Shown one piece after another: positions 1 through 14,500 of a stretch of DNA of 64,000 nt; position 1 is the first letter of the stretch; every line of letters begins with the position of its first letter. This stretch comes from Eledone cirrhosa (Eukaryota). The notes beneath the pieces were generated by a model that saw only the letters and a program-made list of their open reading frames with translations, did no database searches and was not told the origin of the DNA. The stretch spans positions 47,244,001-47,308,000 of the forward strand of contig OZ024751.1 in the NCBI GenBank assembly GCA_964016885.1. Direction: 5' to 3'. The position numbers and the translations under genes were made by a program.

Positions 1-562
1 AGTTCATACATCTGAAAAAAAAAATGAGTATCAACAACAACAGCAGCAGCAATCGGGGTGGGGTGGGAGGAATAGCCTTGTGATGGGGCAATGCTAGAGG
101 CAAGCTTTGTAATGTGAATCACTTAATACAAGCGGAACTGGGATAAGATCCATCCTGATAAAATCCTGGACTTTAACCCCGTTTTTGTTACAAAACCACC
201 TAAAACTGACCTCTAATTCTATGATACAAAACTATTTAGTTGACAATGTATATACACACAGGTATACTTCACTTTGTCATTTTAGAAGTTACAGCAATTT
301 TTCTTCATATTACATGGCAAAAATAAACCTTGTGTTATGTTCATTTATTCAACTTTGTCGGTCTGCCAAAAAATCATTAAAAAAAAAAACCAATAAAAAC
401 ATATAAAATCATAGGAGGAAGTTATAGTTTACTTGAAGCATTGCATATGGTATATAAAATCATATTTAATTAGTGTGTACTGTATGTACATTAAAGTACA
501 TTGGGGAATGCCTCTTAGCAGTTATAATTTATGTAAGAACATTTGTTAAGCTATGTTCTGAA

Positions 563-2168
563 TATCATCATCACCGTTTTACGTCCGTTCTTCCACGCTA
601 GCATGGGTTAGACGGGTTGTCCTGTTGTGGGCAGTGTCTGGTCGGCTGACCATGCCTTGCTCATACAGGAACTGATCTGGCTTGATTTCTACAGCTGGAT
701 GCCCTTCCTAACACCAACCTCATTTACAGTGAGTGCTGGGTGCTTTTTCGTGGCGCCTACACGTCCACTTTACAGTGTGGGCTGGGTGCTTTTTTGCCGT
801 GGCACCTCCACGACCACCTTGCGGTGGGAGGAGTGGGGGCATATTGTTTATATGCTTCAGCATGTACCCATGGGAGGTCGGGTACCCTGTATTACTGCGT
901 GACGCCAGAAGTCACGGTCGTGTGTCATTGTCTTTGAGAGGTGTAGTTGGGTAAGGTCGGCTTTTATCACCTCATCCCAAGTCATCTTGGGTCTCCCCAC
1001 TCCGCGGTTTCCATCAACTTCTAGTGCTCTGCACCTTTTTATGCAGCTGTCATCCTTCATACGCATCACATGTCCATACCAGCGTAACCGCCTCTCCTGC
1101 ACGCAGCATTTGATTCCTCTTATGCTCAGTCTCTCTCTCAATTCCTTTATGCTTTGTCGTTCACGTATATTACTGTTACACATCCATCGGAGCATGCAGG
1201 CTTCGTTTCTCTCTAATCTACGTAAGTCTTCCACCTTCAGCGCCCAGGTCTCACTACCATGCAACATCGCTGTTTGGATACACGCACCATACAGTCTGCC
1301 TTTCATTCTGAGGGAGAAGCCTTTTGCAGCTAGCAGTGGTAGTAGTTCCCTAAACTTCTTCCATCCCGTTCTTACCCTAGTTATTGTACTTTCTGAGCAC
1401 CCACCTCCGTTGCTAATTCGGTCACCTAGGTAGCAGAAGCTGTCTACTGTTTCTACAGGGCCCTCCCAGAGATTGGTGGTACTTGTTTCCTGTGGCTGTT
1501 TGCTTGCTGTTTCAGCACAGCTGCTGCATGTGAATCCTACATTCTTAATTAAGCTTCCTGAGATCCCGCTACATCTCTTGTGTACCCATTGTTTGCATTT
1601 GGGGCAGAGAATGGAGTTCCTACCTACACCTTTCCTATATACTGAGCAAGGCCATTTCCCTGAGGGGATCTGGGTTCTGTTTTCTCGTCTACATACAAGG
1701 ACCTTAGTCTTTGTCATGTTGACTTTGAGGCCCTTTCTCTCTAGTCCCTGCTTCCAGGTTTGGAATTTATTCTCTAGTTCTACCATAGATTCAGCTATGA
1801 GTGCGAGGTCATCAGCATACAGGAGTTCCCATGGGCATCCGGTCTTAAACTCCTCCGTTATTGCCTGCAGGACTATGATGAACAGGAGAGGGCTAAGAAC
1901 AGAGCCCTGGTGGACCCCAACCTGTATGCTAAATTCCTCGCTATACTCATTGCTAATCCTAACTTTGCTGACTGCTCCCCTATACATGGCTTGTACCGCT
2001 TTCACAAGCCATTCATCTACTCCTAGTTTTCTAAGAGCCCACCAGATTACCGCACGTGGAACTCTGTCAAAGGCTTTCTCAAGGTCGACAAATGCCAAGT
2101 AGAGTGGCTTACTTTTAGCTAGGTACTTTTCCTGTAATTGCCTCACAAGGAAGAGGGCATTAATAGCG
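563..2168 (-). mobile_element. 5'-truncated RTE-clade LINE (subfamily A): RT plus PHD-like finger, 3' UTR, (ATG)n tail
   Basis: Uninterrupted 429-codon ORF 857..2146 with LAFVDLEKAFDRVPR, GVHQGSVLSPLLF, YADD, a Cys/His finger (WPCSVY..LCPKCKQWVHKRC..TCSSC) and RTE-type C-terminus ([26 protein letters not shown]); 3' UTR ends GGACGTAAAACGGTGATGATG. Confidence 0.92.
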
Positions 2169-3520
2169 TCTTAATAACAAGAAAATTAGTTTTATTGTCA
2201 AATCTCTCAAAATTCTTGATTATTTTCAAAATGATTTGAAAAATATAAGCAGTGTCTTTCATTAGAAATGTGGTAACAAATGGATTAATGTTCTGTGAGC
2301 TAAAGTAAAGCCCTGTGTGTGTACCATTAACCATCATCATCATCATGAATTTTTCTGCAACTAGTGCAGCCAGTTTTTTGGGTGCCATTCTAGAAGTTAG
2401 GCAATACTTTATGTCACGGTACACTAAAATATACCTCTTCTGTTGTATTTCTAATCCAGATCATCACCAACCTAGCAATAACACTGCTAACAACTAGTAT
2501 AATATAATCTTTAAGTTTAGCCTACAATAGTGACAATTGGCAGAATTGGTAGAGCATTGGATAGGGTCGATAAAATAAAATACCAGTCAAGTACTGGGGT
2601 TGATTCAATCAACTCTGCCCTTCACCAAAATTTGCTGGCCTTGTGCCTAAATTAGCAATCACTAATTTACTGACTCAAATGATGAATGATAGTTCTTACA
2701 ATTAATTATGCATTTGTCTAAACTGAGGGAAAAAAATGAAAGAAAAAATATTGTATATACATGTAGATAAGTTGCAGGTTTTTACTAAAAAAATCAGGTG
2801 CAAAACATCTGCATGTGACTGACTTATCTACTAACCTGGTTGTTGGCCTGAAATATTCATCAATTAAACAAACATATTATAAACAAAAAAGGCAATGTGG
2901 CTTGTGTACAAGTGTGTATAATACAGTACTAATAATATATTAGGAATATTAACATATTTTCATTTGAATAATCTGTACTGTAACTCTTATTGTTACGGTA
3001 TTTCTAATGAAAGACACTACCGACAGATAGGTAGGTAGGTCAGTAGGTAGGTAGGTCAGTAGGTAGGTAGGTCAGTAGGTAATATGGATTCAGGGCCCCT
3101 TAACCCCTGAAGGAGGCGTCATAGTGAAATATGGTGTCTCTGAGGCATTTTAAAACTTGGCAGAGCTCACCTCCTCTCCAGGTTTGAATACAGCAGATTT
3201 CTTCTAGAGAAGGATAGAGAGTGGGAGAAAGGAAGTGAGAAAGAGATATAGAGGAAGAATCAGCCCCAGTATGAGACTGGTACTTTTTTTTATCAACCTT
3301 GAATGGATGAAAGCAAAGTTGACCTTGGTGGAATTTGAACTCAGAGAGCCGAAACGAATACCACAAAGCATTCTACCCGATGTTCTAATGACTATCAAAT
3401 CACTGCCCTATCTCATAACATGACAACCCATCAAACCCATGCAGTCATGGAAAATGGATGTTAAACAGTGATGATGATGATGAAATATATATTATATATA
3501 CTCTATTTTTCTTTTTTCAG

Positions 3521-3554
3521 GAATCTGGTGAAAATGGTGCGGAAGGCCTTTCAG
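3521..3554 (+). CDS. ZZEF1: ZZEF1 exon w1 (first traced in window)
   Basis: ttttcag|..|gtaaat; [11 protein letters not shown], phase 1 fits next exon; short and poorly conserved. Confidence 0.55.
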
Positions 3555-6500
3555 GTAAATATTGTTTCCTATTATAATAACCCTCAACCTCTTCCTCTGG
3601 TTGGTGAAACATCACAAATACAACATGGTTCTACAAACACTCGTTTTTAGAGGCTATCCCTCCAATTTCTCTTTTTATCATACACACTCCCCCTCTCTCT
3701 CTCCCCCACACACTTTCCTTTCATCTCTCTCCCCCTACTCCTCTCTCTCTCTCTGAACATCTGACTATATATGAAGTTTGCATGCTGCTGCTGCTTGATT
3801 GTGGAACATGAGCAACTGAAGATGGCAGTTCTGCATCGATTTGGTGAGATGATGAAATCTGAAGTGGTGAATGTTTTGTTTGTACCAGGTAAAAAAATAG
3901 ACTAGTATTTCAGGCCAAGATCTCTGTTGGCACAGAAATGTGAGAAAAGTGACCTTGTTGGATGTAAGATAAGGAGAGGTATGACTTCATTAGAAGTGGT
4001 ATGTATATAACTTCCTAGTTCACACAAGCAGAAGCCATTATAGTAGCAGTGGAAGGATGAGACACAGAGAGGAGTTAGTGTCTCTGTTGTCATTTGATTG
4101 CTAAAGAATAGAGGAAGATTGGGTTATGATTTTTAATAGGCTAAGTGAGAGCAACTATATAATAGTGGCCTTGTTGGTTCTTCTTGGTAATATTTTTGAA
4201 AGGTGGCTGCCCTAAAAGATTATTAGAACTTTAAGCTTAACATTTTTGTAAGACGTTTGTGAGTTTTGGGGGACTTGTGTTGAGGGTGCAGAGTTTTGTA
4301 AGATTGTCTGTGATGAATTTTCGAACTTGTGGTATGTTGAGGATGGACTGTTTGTAAGATTGTCTGTGGTGTGTTGAGGATGGACTGTTTGTAAGATTGT
4401 CTGTGGTGTGTTGAGGGTGGACTGGTTGTAATATTGTCTGTGGTGTGTTGAGGGTGGACTGGTTGTAAGGTTGTCTATGGTGGGTTTTGGGACTTGTGGT
4501 GTGTTGAGGGTGGACTGGTTGTAAGGTTGTCTGTGGTGTGTTGAGGGTGGACTGGTTGTAAGGTTGTCTATGGTGGGTTTTGGGACTTGTGGTGTGTTGA
4601 GGGTGGACTGGTTGTAAGGTTGTCTGTAGTGTGTTGAGGGTGGACTGGTTGTAAGGTTGTCTATGGTGGGTTTTGGGACTTGTGGTGTGTTGAGGGTAGA
4701 CTGGTTGTAAGGTTGTTTGTGGTGTGTTGAGGGTGGACTGGTTGTAAGGTTGTCTGTGGTGTGTTGAGGGTGGACTGGTTGTAAGGTTGTCTGTGGTGTG
4801 TTGAGGGTGGACTGGTTGTAAGATTGTCTATGGTGGGTTTTGGGACTTGTGGTGTGTTGAGGGTGGACTGGTTGTAAGGTTGTCTATGGTGGGTTTTGGG
4901 ACTTGTGGTGTGTTGAGGGTGGACTGGTTGTAAGGTTGTCTGTGGTGTGAAGAGATTGTAAGATTGTCTATGGAGGGTTGAGTGTTTGTAAGATTGTCTA
5001 GGATGGGTTTTGAGACTTGAGGTGTGTTGAGGGTGAAGTGATTGAAAGATTGTCTGTGATGGGTTTTGGGACTTCAGGTGTGTTGAAGGTGGAGTAATTG
5101 TAAGATTGACTGTGGTGTGTTGAGGGTAGAGTGATCATAAGACTGTCTATAATTGAGATTGAAACCCAATTCTGTAAGAGAAGATCCTATGTTTGACATA
5201 TGCTGCTTTTATTACAGGCTCTAAAGAAAACTGTCTCCTACAACTTACAGAACAACTCTTTGACTTGTCATCCCTACGAAGTATGGCCTGTAAACTGGAG
5301 TAAGTTTCCCTTTTGTGTTTTTTACATTTTTTTAATATCTTTATATATTTTTTATATATCGTATTTATATATATTTCTATTGTATATTTCTATTATATTT
5401 TTATTTTATGACTGTACATAAGCGGGATGACTGACCCCTTGGCCTGTCTGGGAGGTAAGTAGCCCTGCTTCAGTACAGACTTGGTCAATGTAGACCTGTA
5501 CAACCCTTGCTATCAAGGAAAACAGACGTTAAATGGTGATGATGATGATGATATATTTTTATTTTATATTTATTTTTGTTTTATATTCCATACTTGTTTC
5601 AGTGTTATTTTAGCCCTAGGTCAGCCATGATTGAGCAGTACTATGATCAAAGGTATTCCAAATATAACCATTACATTAAAAAAAAAAAAAGTATAATGTA
5701 TTGTGTGCTAAAACAATGGAGAAATACCGTAAGTTATTATCATCATCATCATTATTTAGTGTCCACTTTCCCTGCTAGCAAGGGTTGGATAGGTCTATAT
5801 AGAGCAAGTCAGTACTGAAGTGGGGCTACTCACCTCCCAAACAGACCAAATATAATTATATTCTATGAAAGGAAAAAGGAATAAATGTCACCATTTCACA
5901 GTTTATTAATTTATTTAAAGATTTTTTTCTAAAAAAAGCCAAACATTTTGTCTGTCAAACAGTAGAGGCGCATGGCCTAGTGGTAAGGGCGATTCCTTGG
6001 GTGGATTGCATGATGTGTTATTGTGCAAAATACTTCATTTCACATTGCTCCAGTATACTCAGCTGGAAATGTGTACCAGCAATAGCTGGGAGTTTAATCA
6101 TGAGATGGACTGGTGTCCTGTCCAGGGGGAAGTCTTGTACACTCAGTTGCTTCATGCCATGAAACTGGGACAAACACCAGCCTAACAAGACTTTAGACTT
6201 AGACTGTTTTGTCAAACAGTATTTCTGTTTAGTATTTTAGCAAATGGGACTTTTTTTTTTTCTAAATTGGACTTGGAAATATTGTTTATGATATCTTGAT
6301 AAAAAAAACCTGTTTTCTTTCTTTTTAAATTTATTCTTCTTGTTGCAGTGAGGAGGTACTTCAAGACATTATCAGTATGTACCAAAATTATATTTTACGA
6401 TGGATAGAAGAACGGGTGTCACGCAAAGAGGTCAGTTGTTATTTAGACATAGATCAACCATGTCCCCCTCATCAAATGGTCAGTTATTGTTTAGACATGG

Positions 6501-9500
6501 ATAAACCCCCTCATCAATCATATCATGTTACAATCATGACCATACCATCTTTTATTTCCAATCAGACAGACACGATCTTAAATTGTGTGCTATACACAGT
6601 ACAGATATAACTGAGACTGTGTAAATGTGTATATAGATTTACACATTGAGTAAATGTGTATATAAATTTAGTCATTGAGAATACGGACATATAAATCATC
6701 ATCGCTTAACATCTATTTTTTCCACATTTGCATGGGTTTGATGGGTTCTCATGTTATGAGACAAGTTAGGACAAGTGACCATGTCTTGGTCGTACAGATT
6801 TCTATTTCAGCTTAGTCTCTATGGCTGGATGCACCCCCTCCCTGTGTATATAAATTTATATATTGAGTATATATAAATGTAAATGTGTATATAAATTTAC
6901 ACATTAATTATATAGACCTGTAAATGTGTATATAAATTTACACATTCATTAAATAGATGTAAATGTGTATATAGATTTATATATTCAGTATATAGACTGT
7001 AAATATGTATATAGAATTATGCATTCATTATATAGATGTAAATGTGTATATAGATTTATATGTTCAGTATATAGACTGTAAATATGTATATAGAATTATA
7101 CATTCATTATATAGATGTAAATGTGTATATAGATTTATATGTTCAGTATATAGACTGTAAATATGTATATAGAATTATACATTCATTATATAGATGTAAA
7201 TGTGTATCTAGATTTACACATTCAGTATATAGACTGTAAATGTGTATATAGATTTATATATTCAGTATATAGATCTAAATATGTATATAAATTTATATAC
7301 TCATTATATAGACTATAAAGAGAACTTTTATTTAAGAGTATCTCACTTATCTTATTTCTTTTCTCTCTCTTTCTTTTTTTCTTCTTTTTCCCTTCCTCCA
7401 CCACTTGGAATCCTCTTTATTAAAGACCACTGTAACCATGAGAGAATTCTGTGATATGTTAACCAGTAAAGGAGCTTCAGAGAAAGAAGCAGCATTAGTA
7501 TGTATTAATGTTATTGTTGTTGTTGTTATTATTATTGCTCCCTTCCTCCCTCCTTTCCTCCTTAACCCTATTAACTTCTGTTGCAGGCCTTCCAGACATT
7601 TGATACTGATGGTATTGGGACAGCAGAGCTGCAAGACATTGAACAAGAAGTGGAGTCTTCATCAGATCAATCAAAAGGTGTTTTCACTGAGCCAGAGAGA
7701 AGCATTCGTAAACTAAAGACGACAGCACTCATCCACGGTAAATTGTTATTTAACACATTCAAAAACTAAAGACGACAACTCTCATCCACAGTAAATTGTT
7801 ATTTAACACTTTGGTGACATATATTCTAATGAAAGAAGACACTGCCTGCCTATGATTTTCAAATAATTTTGGAAACAATCAAGAGTCTGGGACGAAGTGA
7901 GGGGATGACTTGCGTTTAATCATTGTTTCAGCATTTCATTTTCATATTCTGATGAAATACACAGTCTATGTCTTTTAATTGATTTTTCTTGTATGGAGAC
8001 ACATGGCTTAGTGGTTAGAGCATTGGCCTTGCAATCGAAAGGTTGTGAGTTCAATTCTCAGACCGGGTGATGTGTTGTTTCACATTGCTCCAGTTTACTC
8101 AGCTGTAGAAATGAGATGATAGGGACTGGGGCCCATATCATTCCACTGCAAAGTGGTCGTGGAGGTGCCACGGCAAAAAAAAGCACCCAGCACTCACTGT
8201 AAATGAGGTTGGTGTTAGGAAGGGCATCCAGCTGTAGAAATCAAGCCAAAATCAGTTCCCGTCCCACCCTTGCAAGCAGGGAAAAGCGGACGTAAAATGA
8301 AATGAATGAATGATCAAGAATTTGGAGTGATTTCGTAAATAACCTACTTCTCCATTATTAAGCTGGACTTTGGAACATAATTTAACAAAAAATTTTAACA
8401 TTTTAAAAGAAGTATATTACAGCATTGAAGCTGCCTGACCTAATGGTTAGGATGGTTGATGTATGATCGTAATGTTGTTGGTTCAATTCCTGGGCAGGCT
8501 GCTGCATTGTGTTCTTGAGTGAAACACTTTATTTCACTTTGCTCCAGTACACTGAACTGAGAGTGATTACCAGCAGTAGCCGAGGAGTTAATCCTGCGAT
8601 AGATCAGTGTCTTGTCCAGGGAGAATCTTGTACTCTCAGTTGCTTAGCAGAAAGGAAGCTGAGGATAAGCACTTGACTGATGAGTTTTCGACTTAGAACA
8701 GACTTTAACTTTAATATTACAGCAGATTTTTTAAGGGCGGTGGATTAGCAGTATCGGTAGAGCATCGGGCAATATGCTTTATGGCGTGGAGATACAGCCC
8801 TTCACGATCTGAGTTCAAATCCTGCCGAGGATAACTTTGCCTTTCATCCTTACGGGGGTCGATAAAATAAAGTACCAGTAATGCACTGGGATCGATTTAA
8901 TCAACTTTCCCCTCCCCCAAAATTGTTGGCCTTGTGCCTAAATTTCAAACCAATATTACAGCAGATTTTACATTTAGTTATGAATACTTTAAAATGGGTT
9001 GTTTTATGTCATAGAATGAGAGGAAATCCTAGGTGGAGATTAGTATTAACAAGATTTAACAAAAAACACTTTTTCTTGTTTGGTAAATTTGCAGATGTTG
9101 GACATGTCTTCCTGGAAGAACCAGTCAAAGATAATTATAGTTTGAAAATTTTAAAGGTTTGTTACATTGATTTATTATTTGATATTTTGATGTGTTGTTT
9201 CCTTGAGCAAGACACTTTATTTCACATTGCTCCAGTTTACTCAGCTGTAGAAATGAGATGATAGGGTCTGGGGTCCCTATCATTCCACTGCAAAGTGGTC
9301 GTGGAGGTGCCACGGCAAAAAAGCACCCAGCACTCACTGTAAATGAGGTTGGTGTTAGGAAGGGCATCCAGCTGTAGAAATCAAGCCAGAATCAGTTTCC
9401 GTCCCACCCTTGCAAGCAGGGAAAAGCGGACGTAAAATGATGATGATGATGATGATTTACTTAAGAAACATTCTCATAGATACTTGTTAACTGTAGAGAA

Positions 9501-11478
9501 GTGTGTGACCTAGTGGTAAATGTGTTGGCATTATAACCATAATATCATGGGTTTGGTTCCCAGACTGGGCTGAGTGTTGTGTTCTTGAGCAAAACACTTC
9601 ATTTCATGCTACTCCAGTATACTCAACTGTGAGAACCTGTAATTCCTGGGGGTTTAACCCTGCAATGGACTTACATCCTGTACAGTGGGGAGACTTGTAC
9701 TCACAGTTGCTTAACTCCACAGAAACTGGGATAAACACCGTCTCGATGAACCTCTGGGTTTAAGACAGACTTTAGACTTTCTTTAGAAAAGACAGCACAA
9801 CTTTACTGGCTACACTTTCTCTATAAACAGGTTGTGAATTGAGAGAGATTTTACTGTCATTTTTAGCACATCAAGTGACCATATAGAGGCTTTCTGAGGT
9901 GTCTGTTATATTGAAAACTAAGATTCTGTTTTTCTTGATTATTTTTTTTCAGTTTCTCATCCAGAACCGAGCTCCAAGTTCCTCATTGAGCCTCCCCATA
10001 TTAAAAGGTGTCACAAATGTTATGGATCTCCGTTTAGCTTTGGTAAAGTCATCATTTAAGTTCATGGATGTTTTAGGTAAGTGAAAAAAAAAAAAAAATG
10101 TAAACTTGGAAGTATTTTCATCATTCCTTCCAGATTCATTGGTATCAATCAGGATAATGTCATAGATTTTATACAACTATGATTTACACACAAAATTTTC
10201 CAATTTGTCAACATAATCATAATCTACACATTCAAAAGTACATCTTTGCAAAATTTCATAGCAGAGGAACCAATTGTTAAACTCTGCCTCTATCGGTGGG
10301 GCACTGCACCTGTGGGAGTTGTTGCAAGTCATCACAGTATTTCTGCTAATAGAAAAAAAAAACCCCACCAAATAAACATGATATATTATACCTCCCCCTA
10401 ACCCACAAAAAAACATTTTTTTTTCTGTATCTATATTAGAAATTATTATTAATATAATTTTTTAATGGTTTTGAAGCATCTGAAGAATTACTAAGAAATG
10501 GAGAAGAAGTCCAGCAAGTACAACGCTGTATCTGCTCCGTTGAGGTCTCCACAAACACATCAAACAGTGATCGGTGAGTTTAACCATCAATTACTATATA
10601 AGCATGTAACATTTAGATATCTAACCCTTTAGCATTTACATTACTCTACTCTATATTTACTATTCTATTTTCATGGTAAAGGCTTTATCTCACATAATAT
10701 CAAATTGATGAGATTTTGATATTATTTATTTTGAGAACAATACCTTAACGTCAGTATGAGTGGCCGGTTACAGCCGGTTTGAACAGAAAAAGGTGAAAGA
10801 ATTCTGGCTGGATATGGCCGGTTTAAATGCTAAAGGGTTAATGAAGTATTTCATCTTTAAGTCCGTGGTTTAGTGGTTAGAGAATCAGATTCACAATCTT
10901 AAGGTTGCGAGTTCGATTCTCAGACCGGGTGATGCATTATATCCTTGAGCAAGTCACTTTATTTCATGTTGCTCCTTCTACCAGGAGTTGCAACCAGTAG
11001 ATAGTATCAGCAATGGAAACACCAATGGGAACATTGTTTCCTTGGTCCACCTCACTCGGTCCACCTCACTCGGTAAACGAATGAGGTCTAGGATCTTGTC
11101 AATCATTCCTTATGTATATAGACAGGGAATTATTAGAATTGTAAGATTGTAGGGTTCAGTGTTTCAGTATTTGTTCTGATATATTGTGCTGTGAGTTCAA
11201 CAAGAATAAGACATGATTCTCTTCTGTTTTCAGTCTGTTGAATGGAAATACTTCTTCATATTGGCAATCAGATGGAACATGCCGGTCTCATTGGATCAGG
11301 TAAACAATTTCACCCCCTTTTTTATTCTGTATTTGTTTTTCTTGATGACATAATCAGTAGCACATCAAACAGAATAATCATCATCACCATCACCATCGCC
11401 ACCACCACTATCACCACCACCACCATCACCACCATCATCATCACCACCATCATCATCATCACCACCATCATCACCACC

Positions 11479-11509
<31 letters not shown>

Positions 11510-14500
11510 CTATCATCAGCATTATGATCATCACCATCGTCATCATCATCACTGTCATCATCACCACCATCACCATCATCATCGTCATCATCATCATCAT
11601 CATCATCGCCACCATCACCACCATCGTCATCATCATCACCATCGCCACTATCATCACCATCGTCATCATCGTCATCACCATTTAATGTCTATTTTCCATG
11701 TTTGCAGGGGCTAGACGACTTTTGTGTGCTGAGGCTAGAGTGGTCAAGTGACGAGGTCCTACTGGGGAGAGTGGAGAGTGAGTGTGGTGGGGTGGATGTT
11801 GAAGGAAGATCCATCTTTGATCAGCTGCAGGGGAGGGTAGATGAGGTGAGGTTGGGGTGTTGAAGGAGGATCCATCTTTGATCAGCTGCAGGGGAGGGTA
11901 GATGAGGTGAGGTTGGGGTGTTGAAGGAGGATCCATCTTTGATCTTCTGGGGGTGAGGATGAATGAGGTGAGGTTGGGGTGTTGAAGGAAGATCCATCTT
12001 TGATCTTCTGGGGGTGAGGTTGGGGTGTTGAAGGAAGATCCATCTTTGATCTATTGGGGGTGAGGATGAATGAGGTGAGGTTGGGGTGTTGAAGGAAGAT
12101 CCATCTTTGATCTTCTGGGGGTGAGGATGAATGAGGTGAGGTTGGGGTGTTGAAGGAAGATCCATCTTTGATCTATTGGGGGTGAGGATGAATGAGGTGA
12201 GGTTGGGGTGTTGAAGGAAGATCCATCTTTGATCTACTGGGGGTGAGGATGAATGAGGTGAGGTTGGGGTGTTGAAGGAAGATCCATCTTTGATCTTCTG
12301 GGGGTGAGGATGAATGAGGTGAGGTTGGGGTGTTGAAGGAAGATCCATCTTTGATTTATTGGGGGTGAGGATGAATGAGGTGAGGTTGGGGTGTTGAAGG
12401 AAGATCCATCTTTGATCTTCTGGGGGTGAGGATGAATGAGGTGAGGTTGGGGTATTGAAGGAAGATCCATCTTTGATCTTCTGGGGGTGAGGATGAATGA
12501 GGTGAGGTTGGGGTGTTGAAGGAAGATCCATCTTTGATCTATTGGGGGTGAGGATGAATGAGGTGAGGTTGGGGTGTTGAAGGAAGATCCATCTTTGATC
12601 TTCTGGGGGTGAGGATGAATGAGGTGAGGTTGGGGTGTTGAAGGAAGATCCATCTTTGATCTATTGGGGGTGAGGATGAATGAGGTGAGGTTGGGGTGTT
12701 GAAGGAAGATCCATCTTTGATCTATTGGGGGTGAGGATGAATGAGGTGAGGTTGGGGTGTTGAAGGAAGATCCATCTTTGATCTATTGGGGGTGAGGATG
12801 AATGAGGTGAGGTTGGGGTGTTGAAGGAAGATCCATCTTTGATCTAGTGGGGGTGAGGATGAATGAGGTGAGGTTGGGGTGTTGAAGGAAGATCCATCTT
12901 TGATCTACTGGGGGTGAGGATGAATGAGGTGAGGTTGGGGTGTTGAAGGAAGATCCATCTTTGATCTACTGAGGGTGAGGGTGGATGAGGTGAGGTGGGG
13001 ATTTGTGTTGATATGTTTCTGCATATTTCTATTTTCCAGATTAAGAATCAAGAACAATGTCGTAATCAAACATCTTTCCATGAATGTCTCATCCCTAGAC
13101 CAGAGCTATATGCCACAGCTGGTCTCTATCTCGGTGGGGAAGTCAACAAGTCTCCTCAAAGAAATCAAAGATATGAGGATTCCAAAGTTAGTATCTCATA
13201 CACATCATCTCCATTCATCATCTGTCTTTCTCTCTCCCTCAATTTCTCCTACCTGCTGGTATTCACATCATCATCATCATCATCATCGCCTCTCTCTCTC
13301 ACCTGCTGGTATACACATCATCATCGTCACCTCTCTCTCTCCTAACTGCTGTTCTTTCTGTCACCCTACATGTCAACTGCCATCTCTGTCTACCTTCATG
13401 GGGTGGTGTGTGTCTGTGTATATATGTTGTTTTATACTTGGTATTGTGTGTCTGTCTCTCTCTATCTCTGCCTTCTTGTAGTGGTGGTTGTGTGTTTGTG
13501 TGTGTGTGTTTATATGTGTTGTTTTATACTTGGTATTGTGTGTCTGTCTCTCTCTATCTCTGCCTTCTTGTAGTGGTGGTCGTGTGTTTGTGTGTGTGTG
13601 TTTATGTGTTATTTTATATTTGGTATTGTGTGTACATTGAACAAAAATAAAAAAATAATATTTGTTTTCGAAATTGTATATTTTCAGCCATGTAAATGGT
13701 GATTACATTTTGATTGAGAATCTCACCACATATTTCCCAAGTAAGATCAATTGAATTTATTATTGATTTAGTTTTGTTTTTCTTACGATCACAACTTGTA
13801 TGTGGTAGTGTTGGTGCTATAATAAATAGTACCCAGTCCACTCTGTAAAGTGGTAGTGTTGGTGTCATGTTAAAAATCACCCAGTCCACCCTGTAAATTG
13901 GCAGTACATTTGACATGATAAAAAGCATCCAGTTCACCCTGTACAGTGGTAGTGTCGGTACCATGATAAAAAGCACCCAGGCTGGGGTGGGGTTTTATAT
14001 GTCACTTACATACATTCTTGTACACTACAGAATGTGCTGTGTTTTATTATGGTACCAGCACTAGGGAAGTTGTTATGTCTTTGACACAACTAAAGGGTTT
14101 TCTTGATTCTTTGTTTGGCAAGTTTTCTATGATTGGCTGCCTTTCCTATCATGAACCACTTTACAGAGTGTACTGGGTGTATTTTATCATACCCCCAACA
14201 CTAGAGAGGTAGTCGTGTCTTTGATACAACTCAAGAATTCTCTCAAATGATATTGAAACCATATCTTCTCAAATTTTACAAAATATAAACTTTTATGGAT
14301 TTTTCTTCTTTATCACCAGTTATCCAGATCAACATTAAACGTTGCCATAGTGATGGATGTGATACCAGGGTACATGGAGTCAAAGCTGTCGGGTACCGGT
14401 AAGGGTTGTCTATTTATTTCTATCATTTACATATCATTTGTATGGTCATGTAGTTAAGAAGTTCACTTAGCTACCACTTGGTTCTGGGGTCAATTCTACT

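Noticed and set aside
987-2102. Plus-strand ORFs of 148 and 209 aa (also 63318-63818)
   Set aside because: Antisense shadows of the RTE reverse-transcriptase ORF.
8676-8712. Further CTGATGA motifs (8677, 7949, antisense near 15475) as hammerheads
   Set aside because: No stem II followed by GAAA; they belong to SINE family B tails or MITE sequence.
11790-13000. Regular array resembling CRISPR, plus 236-aa and 139-aa ORFs
   Set aside because: Head-to-tail tandem units with no unique spacers, no cas genes, and a eukaryotic intron context.
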